A stretch of 63,979 nt of DNA, counting the filler, from Rhabdomonas costata (lineage: Eukaryota), in the NCBI GenBank assembly GCA_019059605.1. It is 49 parts of 49 records of this genome, joined end to end, with 100 filler letters (N's around TTAATTAATTAA, not from the genome) between each part and the next. Parts side by side here need not be neighbours in the genome. Positions count along the whole stretch, not along the records: positions 26,157 to 27,364 come from JAHMHO010023580.1; positions 27,465 to 28,671 come from JAHMHO010023581.1; positions 28,772 to 29,979 come from JAHMHO010023582.1; positions 30,080 to 31,287 come from JAHMHO010023583.1; positions 31,388 to 32,595 come from JAHMHO010023584.1; positions 32,696 to 33,903 come from JAHMHO010023585.1; positions 34,004 to 35,211 come from JAHMHO010023586.1; 42 more parts are not named here. One strand, given 5' to 3'. Position 1 is the stretch's first letter. The number at the start of each line of letters is the position of its first letter. Positions 26,157-35,210 of the stretch are shown piece by piece. Both the position numbers and the translations under genes were made by a program. Below the pieces are notes generated by a model. It saw only the letters and a program-made list of their open reading frames with translations. It did no database searches and was not told where the DNA came from.

Positions 26157-26461
26157 TTTGTTTGGTTAATGTTTTCCATATTTTTTGAACACTAATATTT
26201 TACTTACTATATCTGTATCTTCCTTATATTTGTCAAATGTTGATCCTTCTAAAAAAATTCTTCGTCTCCACTTTCTATTTTTTCTTTAAATGGTAATACA
26301 TGTATCGTAAATACATCTATTATTTTAGTTGGATAATTGTTCATTGTTATTTTTATAAGGTCTACTACATCCGATGTTATCATCTGGGGTGCTAAATTTG
26401 ATAATTGACATATCATATCTAAACAAGTTGTGTTGAATTCGTCTTGTATTTCATTTAACAT
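26157..26461 (-). CDS. NCLDV-type hypothetical protein, frameshifted at the T7 run (~26251-26257), 3' truncated
   Basis: MLNEIQDEFNTTCLD...IIDVFTIHVLPFKEKIESGDEEFF* resumes after one added T as LEGSTFDKYKEDTDIVSKILVFKKIWKTLTK. This resembles a giant-virus family pattern (I-x-x-x-DE-x-FFL...K-x-x-W-x-x-L). AT-rich and intronless. Confidence 0.55.
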
Positions 26462-26513
26462 TATTATCAATATACTATATTTTTATTTATGTATTTTATC
26501 GCACAATTATATT

Positions 26514-27305
26514 TTATAATGCTTTTTTTATTAATGTGTATAATGTCTCAATATCACTTTCTTTATATTTGTTATTTGCTAAATTATACACACTTATTCC
26601 CACTTTATTTAAAAATGAATCTCGTAATGTTGTTATTTTTTTTGAATATGATCTTATCACTATTTTGAACGACATTTGCTTATATTTTATTGTTGAAATT
26701 AATATATTTATTAATTTATTTCGTGGTATTGTATCATGTATTAATCTCATGTCAATATACCATATACACCATAACGCACAAAGTTTAGTTGAATCCATTA
26801 ATATATATGCTTCTTGTAATTCTAGTAATTGCAATCCTATTTTAGGTAAATATTGTTGAGGACTAATATATTTTATATTATAAAATGTAAATAACTTATT
26901 TAATTCAAAGTCTAATTTACTACTATCATAATTTAATCCATATGGTATACTTGAACCATTTGGTTCAAATCTTTCAATCTCATTCGTTTTTCTATCATAT
27001 AAAAGATAATTCGCATGACTATTATCATTTACTAATATACCAATCGGTACTATCACAAATCTTTTGTCTTTAAATATAACTTCAAACTTTTGTTTTAGTT
27101 TCTCATGAACAAATAATTCTTTATTATTCCATATTAATTCAAATATTATATCCTCTTTCATTATAATTGGTGCTGAACATTTCTTTTTATGATTATTTAA
27201 TAAATATAATAAACCACATAATACATCTAATTTTATTCCTATAAATGTACATATATCTAAATTATTATCATATTCAAAATTATGTATTAATAAAGTATCT
27301 ACTAA
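26514..27305 (-). CDS. Mimiviridae L371-like (ankyrin-repeat protein) C-terminal domain, 5' truncated
   Basis: The ORF stays open upstream of the listed Met (TFIGIKLDVLCGLLYL). Motifs RFVIVPIGI, SHANYLLYD, EIERFEPNG, YLPKIGLQ, CALWCIWY..MR, IRSYS..IT..RD..L match my recollection of the Mimivirus/Klosneuvirus L371 family. GC is about 22% in a sampled line. Confidence 0.75.
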   Translation of the reverse strand, partial: LVDTLLIHNFEYDNNLDICTFIGIKLDVLCGLLYLLNNHKKKCSAPIIMKEDIIFELIWNNKELFVHEKLKQKFEVIFKDKRFVIVPIGILVNDNSHANYLLYDRKTNEIERFEPNGSSIPYGLNYDSSKLDFELNKLFTFYNIKYISPQQYLPKIGLQLLELQEAYILMDSTKLCALWCIWYIDMRLIHDTIPRNKLINILISTIKYKQMSFKIVIRSYSKKITTLRDSFLNKVGISVYNLANNKYKESDIETLYTLIKKAL

Positions 27306-29710
27306 AGGAATAAAATTAGATGTATTATGTGGTTTATTATATTTATTAAATAATCACAAAAAAANNNNNNNNNNNNNNNNNNNNNNNNNNNNNNNNNNNN
27401 NNNNNNNNTTAATTAATTAANNNNNNNNNNNNNNNNNNNNNNNNNNNNNNNNNNNNNNNNNNNNCGGCAGTGTATGTATGTGTATGTGTGGATATGTGTG
27501 TACGCGTGTGTACGTGCGTGTGTGTGGATTTCTCATTTCCTTCCTGGGGAAGGACTCGGCATCGGCTGTAGGGTCTGCAGTCTGCAGGGTGCGACGCCAC
27601 ATTTTTGACGCGCTTTGGCCCTGACCCCGTGCTTCGCCTTGAAGGAGAGCTCCAGAGTGAGAGCTGGAGTGCTGCAGAGGCCCCTGGCGTCCCGGAATTG
27701 TTTCGGGTAACTTTGCAAGCGATCACTTCGCGGTCGAAAACCCGATGGGCAAACCGGAAGCGGGAGCCTCAGCGGTTTTTGGGATTCCACTCTCTCGGGT
27801 CAGAAGTTCGTCTGTGGACGTGTGAGTGGTGCGGTGCGTTGAACCTTCTCCGTGAGCTGGTACATCCACTCGTCGTCGGCCTGCCGAACCCCGGTGAGTA
27901 CCTCATAGGCCTTCTCCGACTTGCCATCCCACAGCGGAAGCAGTAGGGCCAGCCGGCACTGCACGGTGTACTGGATTTGCGCGTGCACTGTGCTGTCCAC
28001 AAGAACCTGCGAAAACAACTAGAGAGTTGCGCGCGCGCGCGCGCGGACACACACACACACACGGACACGAGGAGGAAGGCCACAGAAATCCTAACGGTGG
28101 GCGCTCGGGACCGAAAAGAAAACCGCCGGCTAAAGGTGACCGTGAGTCGCGGCGCAGGTGGGAGGGGTTCAGCGCACTCCAGCGCATCCCTGACGACATA
28201 GCCACGTTCCCTACCAGAGGCCAGTGCGTCGAGGTGTGCAGACAGGCCACACTTCCGCATGTCCATCTTCGTCTTCGGGTAGTGCTGCTCCTGTGGGGCT
28301 CCATGCTGTCCAAATGCTGCTGCACACACTCTCACGGTCAGGTAGCTGAAGATACGCTGTTCTGTCCTGAGTCTCTTCTTGGGGAGTCTCTTCTCGAGCT
28401 GGAATAAACGACAGTGTGACAGTGTGACTCCCACATCAGAGAGTGTGAGTGAGGGTGAAGGGCTGAACGCTGAGCAGAGCAGCTGTTTGGTCGCCATACT
28501 GGATTTTTTTGACCCCCCCCCCCTCCGCCAGCTCTGGCTCTTCGTTTTTTTTTCTTTGCGACTGACTGTGAGGGGTTTATAGCTTTTCCGTGGGACGCTT
28601 TTCATCTGAAATATAGCAGGAAGGGTCCGGTTCAGCAGGCTTTGAGAGACGGGGTGATAGGACCACAAACANNNNNNNNNNNNNNNNNNNNNNNNNNNNN
28701 NNNNNNNNNNNNNNNTTAATTAATTAANNNNNNNNNNNNNNNNNNNNNNNNNNNNNNNNNNNNNNNNNNNNGTGGGTGTGGGCGTTAAGGTTACTAGGGG
28801 AAGGGTTATGGTTATTAGGGGAATTTTCCAGAAGTGGAGTGTTAGTGGGTAGATCTCATTCATCGTGCCGCCTTTTGTTTGCGCTATGCCGTGTGCCGAG
28901 TGATGAGCTTGACAGCAATGCCCGAAGGATCAGAGATGGATTGTGCCCGAAAGGGAAGCTTTTCCAGTGCACGAATTTAAGGCGAGCTTTGGTTTGCTAG
29001 TCGACGCAAAACCAAAAATAGGATTTACAAGGAAGTGGCCCCCAATTGCACTAAGAAAGAAACGAGAACCGTGCCGAGGATGTTGCTTGTCAGAAAATTA
29101 AGCGAGTCAACGCCATCCTCAAATCGGAACCAGACGTGTGCCTAGACAAGCTAGGAACAAAACATTCACTTCCCGTTTTCCAAGATGCTTCCTTACCAAG
29201 CCCCGCACAAACCAACAGAACCTTCCGCAATCCCATCCACCTCTCACACTGATGTGAGGATTTGCAGCAGAAGGGCAACAAAACAAAACTGTAAGGCACT
29301 GTTTCAAGAAACAAAAGTCACGCAACGCCGTCTCCGTCTCGATCGGTGGTTCGGCACGTTGCACATGGAAATAAAGAGGCGGGGGCTCACAGCAGCGAGG
29401 AAACCACGCGGCGGGCACCCTCACCTTGGGGGCTTTGGATCGTAAAAGCACCCCGAAAACGTCTCTGAAACACTGAAAATAAAAAGAGAGGGCAAACCGC
29501 CCTATTCCCCCCCCCCCGCAAAAGAAAATCGCGCAGGGCACAGTGGAGCGCAGCAGATCAAACTGGAGGAGGGGAGGCACACATCCCGAACAAGTGCGTT
29601 TGTTCGGTTTCTACTCGGAAAAAAAAACCATGAAAGGGACCCCACGCGCGGCGAAAAAGAAACGCAAGCGAAGAGAAAAAGGAACCTCCTCAAAACAGAG
29701 AAAAATACGC

Positions 29711-29979
29711 TCACTTTCGGAACGCGATCGCAAGCTGACGGGGAGTTTGCTCAGCTAGGACTTTGGAACCTGCGCCCGTTTCCTCATCCATAGGGAAGCC
29801 CGCACCGATGGAGCCCGAGGACACCGCCACCGGGACCGAGGCATTTTTCCCCACGCGCCAAAAGCATGGGAACCACTCCGGCATCGGGCTGCAGAACGGC
29901 AGGTTGCACCCGTACTCCTTCTCAAACATCGGGTTCATCGAGATGTACATCGCCAGCAGGCCCACCCAGAACCCGATCC
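29711..29979 (-). CDS. GPR1/FUN34/YaaH (SatP/Ady2) acetate transporter, last TM helix and tail
   Basis: IGFWVGLLAMYISMNPMFEKEYGCNLP parallels the SatP C-terminus (IGLICGASAIYLAMGEVLNEQFGRTVLP). Confidence 0.5.
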
Positions 29980-30149
29980 NNNNNNNNNNNNNNNNNNNNN
30001 NNNNNNNNNNNNNNNNNNNNNNNTTAATTAATTAANNNNNNNNNNNNNNNNNNNNNNNNNNNNNNNNNNNNNNNNNNNNCCTCCCCTCGGACCCAGGGAA
30101 CGGGATGAAGATGGTGCTGGGATGCAAGACTGCGACTGCTCCAGGTCGG

Positions 30150-30400
30150 CGGAAACAACGGAGTCTCACACGCACATGCCCCCCCTGGGGGAACGGTTTC
30201 GCCGCCGGCAGTGCCAGACAGAAGGACGACCCAATACCTCCCGGTGCCGCAACGCGTGCGTTTTGCGACGGTTGTCGGAGAGACCACTGGGTGGGGCCCC
30301 TCCTCCGTGGGGTTTCTCCGCAAGCTGTTCCGAGTGTGTCGCTTACGCCATCCCGGCTCAGGACCTTCGGTGTACGTGGATCTATGGTGCCGCGTCTGGG
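30150..30400 (+). mobile_element. Possible decayed CRE-like non-LTR retrotransposon C-terminal (restriction-like endonuclease) region
   Basis: VRFATVVGETTGWGPSSVGFLRKL resembles F-x-P-x-x-x-ET-x-G-x-WG-x-x-A-x-x-FL-x-x-L; frameshifted upstream, AT-rich sequence downstream. Confidence 0.35.
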
Positions 30401-32695
30401 CAGGCTCCGCGGCCCATGATGGCTCGGTGCACGCCGACCCTGTCCGCCGAGCCACCTCAGGGTGGACTCAGGATGCCAAGAGTCCAAAGAAGCCAAAGGG
30501 ACCAAGCGTCTTCCATCCCCCGCAAGTCAATAATTAAAATTTTTCTTTGGAGAGCGGTGCTCCTCGTTGTGCTCCCTCCTTCGTTGTGGTTGCCCTCGGG
30601 TGGATCCGGACAAAGAGAAGACTGCGCACGGTTCCTCCCCTTGAGCGACCCGAAGGGAGAAGCCGCCCCCAAATTAGTCTTTCGAAAAACTGTTTCTGTA
30701 TTTACATGTATTTTTGTGCCTTGCTTCTTTTGTGTTTAGTTTAGCCCAAATTTCTCTCGCGCTCCTCTCTTGTAAACTGTTTGTTCTTTGTTTTACAAAC
30801 TATTTGCAACTACGCCGCAATGCCGTGGAAGTTTTACAAAATATATTAAAACTAATTCATTTGAGTGCACCCATTAGGGTATCATCTCACTCGTCAAGGG
30901 TTTTGTTTAAAACTTTCCAATTAGTTTTTCCTTCACAGAACGATAAAAACTTTTTATGGAGGTAAATAGTAAAATTTAATCGTATTTTAAGGCATGAAAA
31001 GGTAAAGCAGGAAGGGGTTTGGTCGGAATTCCAGGAGGGTTAATTTCTGCCGCCAGCGAGTCTCTCAGAAGGTTGTGCCGAACGTACATCCCGCAAGAAG
31101 GACACGCAAGAGAGTGATCTCCGAAAGCGGTGAGAACCCGCAACCTCCAGACATTGCCAGCGCGAAAGCACTTGCCTCTCGGCAGATGCTACGGTCTCGT
31201 GCACAGCAGGGGTCCAGAGCTTCTGATCTGTCCAGGTGTTCAATCTTGTTAAATCTTGAGTTCTCCAAAAGTGGTGCAACCAAACCCNNNNNNNNNNNNN
31301 NNNNNNNNNNNNNNNNNNNNNNNNNNNNNNNTTAATTAATTAANNNNNNNNNNNNNNNNNNNNNNNNNNNNNNNNNNNNNNNNNNNNGGTGGGTGTGCTT
31401 CATAGAGAGTTTTCAGTGAATAGGCTGTGCTCTGTGTAGCGAAGGCTTGCCTTTTGACAGGCACATAGCAATGCACATTCGGCAACATCTGATTTGATTT
31501 GGCGCTCCGCCCAGTGCCTGTGTGTTTCCCTGTGCTTTTCCGCGTTTATGAAGAGGCAAGGCATGAGCTTGGGAGTTGCCTCTCCGCGTCTGGGCAAGTG
31601 CCTGGATGCTGACGCTGTGTTTCTTCTTGGTCGGTGCTTTGGTATTGACTGCCTGTGATATTTGGTTTTCGTATGAATCTTCTTCGTCATACAGAACCGA
31701 AGTTTCCGAAGGCCGGTGTGTGTGACCGTTTTGTCCCAAGACTATGGAGCGGTTTCGTCTGTTTCCCGCAGTCATGTTAGCATTCGGTAGTTGCGCTGCA
31801 TGGTGTTTATAAATATCCTTGTTTTGGCCCATCCGAAGTATCTGAAAGAAAATGACCTACAAGGCACCGACAAGGGGTTGCGTAGGCCTTTATTCTCTGA
31901 TGCCGGGGTCGGACCTTTGGGGTGTAATTCCACAAAGAGTGCGATAAAACCACTATGATACTCCTGCAACACTACTTCCCACTTGGCCTTCGTCTCGTTG
32001 AGAGTACGTCGTGTCCCTTGCCTGTGCTTGTGCCCCTTCGAACCGGACCGTTTCTTCTCTTGTATAATGCGCTTCCGCAGAGCGTAATGACTGTATGCTG
32101 CAAAAATGGACCCACCCGTTCACCTCGGGGATCTTGGGCAAGCAGGATCTTCAACTTTGCAAGGCGCATATTCTCAGACTGCGTCGAGCCACCAGCTTTT
32201 TGACGAGCCTTCACAAATCATCGGGTACACTTCGGACTCCTTTGCCCCTGCCAATCAGTCGTGTAACCAGCATCTTTCTTTCTCCGAAAGGAATTACCCT
32301 TCGCCCAGTCTCGCTGTCGCTGCGCTTCAGGACCAATATCCAAGGAACTCCGGGTCTCTTGCGATGGAAGAAGATTCTGTGAAGTGCTCAGCTTCGGGTC
32401 AGCAGCAGACTCCTCTGCTTCCAGCTGACACCGTTGTTGCACCGGAGCGTCGTATAACGTCCCCGAGCCAGCCCGTTTTCGTTTGTGGTGTGCCAGCTTT
32501 TCACGGCAGGGCACCACAGGTGCCTGCTCCAAGCGTCATCCCGCCATTGCCCGAGTATCTGCTATCTCAGAGGTGGGCGCAGGTCCCCACCCCCCNNNNN
32601 NNNNNNNNNNNNNNNNNNNNNNNNNNNNNNNNNNNNNNNTTAATTAATTAANNNNNNNNNNNNNNNNNNNNNNNNNNNNNNNNNNNNNNNNNNNN

Positions 32696-33902
32696 CTTTG
32701 TTGTTGAAAGTGAGCTGAATAACCTCCCTGATAGGGCTGATGTGGGTTGCTTGTCGGTCGACCTGGTGAGCATTAAACTTTCTCTGAAGTCTGAAGCTTC
32801 TTCTTTGCGTGAGACCTATGGGCATAAGCTGAATGCCAAAGTCAAAGCGTCCTTGGATCAGCTCATGGAGGAAATGGAGATGCACTCTGCGCAACTTCAA
32901 CGACCTATCCAGGATCTGGGCGATGTCAACATTGTCATGCGTACTATTGCTGAGCTCCGACAAAAGGAAAATGAAGTTCAGACACAGAGACTACGTTCCA
33001 TTTTCGAATCATACGAGCTTCTTCGTCGGTACGCTGTGCGGATTTCAGATGAGGAGCAGGATGCCGTTGACACCGTTGGTTTGAAATGGAACGAACTGAT
33101 TTCGCTTTCTCAGCGTGCAATGGATCGGCTGCGGCAGATGGGTCCTGGCTTCAAGGCTGGCTTGCTGCAGAACGTCAAGACGCTTTCCGCCGCTGTCGCT
33201 GCGTTCAAAGAAGACTACGATTGCAATGGTCCAATGGTTTCGGGAATTGCCCCGCGCATTGCTGTGGAGCGGCTCAGGGCATTTTACAAGCGTTTTGCGG
33301 AATTGGACCGGAAGCGGGAAGAATACATCCTGGGTGAGGGACTTTTCGGACTCACGAAGACTGAATTCCCGACGCTGGCACGCACTGAAAAGGAGCTAAA
33401 GCTTTTGTCTCGGCTGTATGATCTGTACACTGAGGTTCTGGCGTATGTTTCCCGATATGAGGAGACATTGTGGAGCGAAGTTGATTTATCTGAGATGGAC
33501 AACGGCATGGGAGACTTCCTATCTCGCTGCCGCAAACTTCCCAAGGGACTTCGAGAGTGGCCTGCGTTCAATGAGCTGAAGCAAATGATTGACAACATTA
33601 AAGCTGTGGCACCCCTTTTGGTGATGCTGAAGGATCCTGCTGTTCGTGACCGGCACTGGAACAGCCTTTCAAGCATGTGTGGTGTCGAGCTTGACCCCAC
33701 ACTGCCGCGTTTCAAGCTGAAAACACTATTCGATGCAGGCCTCTTTCGTTTCCGTGAAGAGGTGGAAGACCTGCACACATCCGCTCAAAGGGAGCGTGAA
33801 ATTGAAACGAAATTGCAGCATCTGAAGGATGACTGGGAAGTTCGAGAGTTCACCCTTGGTCCCTTTAAGGGCCGTGGGGACATAATTCTGAAGTCAGACA
33901 AG
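32696..33902 (+). CDS. Axonemal dynein heavy chain (outer-arm gamma, DNAH5/8-like), N-terminal region 2; internal fragment
   Basis: About 400 aa open frame: DYDCNGPMVSGIAP..A.ERL, GEGLFGL, KELKLLSRLYDLY, CRKLPKGLREWPAF, LKDPAVRDRHW, AQREREIETKL...W. Confidence 0.93.
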
Positions 33903-34444
33903 ANNNNNNNNNNNNNNNNNNNNNNNNNNNNNNNNNNNNNNNNNNNNTTAATTAATTAANNNNNNNNNNNNNNNNNNNNNNNNNNNNNNNNNNNNNNNNN
34001 NNNTTGTTGTTGTCATCGTACAGCTTCTGAACAGTTTTGATGACAGAATGAGAGACCCTTCACTTCTGAAGCACTTCCGAAGCGCAAAGGTGGCCCAACT
34101 CAGCCTGTTCCTAATGCGCAGACTCTCCGTAATGTGGGAAGAAGTTCTGCCAAGTCTCTCAAAATTCAAGCAGAGGTGCTCAACACCTTACACATATTTA
34201 TGGAATGAAGAAAGGCTGTGCACAGGCCGTTCCGAGTTGGAGCTTGTTATGACAGCTCAACAAGTTTTTGATGGTGGGTCAGGTTGGGCCCTGTGCACAT
34301 GGTTGAATCCCTGTGCATTGGTATTGCAGATATGGACAACACACGCTGGCCGGGGCATTAAGTAAGAATGAGTAGGTCACTGTTTGTGTGCGTGAATAAA
34401 CCATGACCCAGCACAGTCGCATCCAATACAATCCCCGCACGGAC

Positions 34445-35210
34445 CGGGTCAACGGAGCGGTTGATTCCTCGGAAGAGACAGGCCCCAGGGGGCAGGATGA
34501 CCCGGGGCAGCCGGGACAGGCCCTGGTTCAGGTGCAGGATGAACCCCCGCCACCGCTCAAGCTCCTCCGGCGGAAGCTCCCTCCGAAGCACTTCGTTGAT
34601 CTGTGGTGCAAGCGCGTGCGTGCGAGTGTGGCTGGGAGTGTGCGATGTGCCAAGGAGACACACCAAACAAGCGGTGCAGATGCCCATGTCTTCGAGGTCT
34701 TGAAGTTACGATGGCGTACGTAATAATCAAAAGAAATCAGACCGACAGATACGATCATGTTTGCAGAGATATACTGTGCGATATGAAGACTAGATACACC
34801 GCAAACGTGCTGCTCGCGTTCAATTGTCCAGAATGCTATCCATAGTATCGGAGCGAGAGGTAGGGACAGAGGGGGTAGGGGTAAGCTTACGAAATATCAC
34901 AGCCGTGTTCAGGTGACCCACGTGGTCAAGATAACGCACACACGATAGACCACAGCAGCCACAATATTTACACAGGTTCACAAAGACCGTTCGATAAATT
35001 TCAGTTTCGAGGGTGTAGGCGTGCACCGCCATCACCCCATCCACGCCCAGCGCGGACAGCTCGCCCTTCTTGTGCTTCTCCAGGAACTTCCCCGTGAACT
35101 CCTTGATCTGTGCCCGCACCGTGTCCGCGGTGGGGTGCTTCAGCGTCACGCTGTGGGTCCTCGTAAACCATTCCTCGAAGGCCTTCTTCTGCGCCTCCAC
35201 CACAGCCTTC
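34445..35210 (-). CDS. NAD:arginine-type mono-ADP-ribosyltransferase (ART) domain, exons 35210-34988 and 34600-34445
   Basis: AVHAYTLETEIYRT|INEVLR...WRGFILHLNQGLSRLP...CLFRGI: YT...Y..LN..LR helical region plus the first-strand RG motif; GT-AG intron. Confidence 0.75.

Noticed and set aside
26157-27364. Mitochondrial, plastid or endosymbiont origin of the AT-rich contig
   Set aside because: No organellar gene similarity, Trp is TGG, no Shine-Dalgarno, and the motifs fit NCLDV proteins better. Not formally excluded without a search.
27306-27364. Hairpin as a viral genome terminus or transcription-termination palindrome
   Set aside because: It is an exact inverted copy of coding sequence 27190-27240 at the contig end, like the fold-backs on host contigs.
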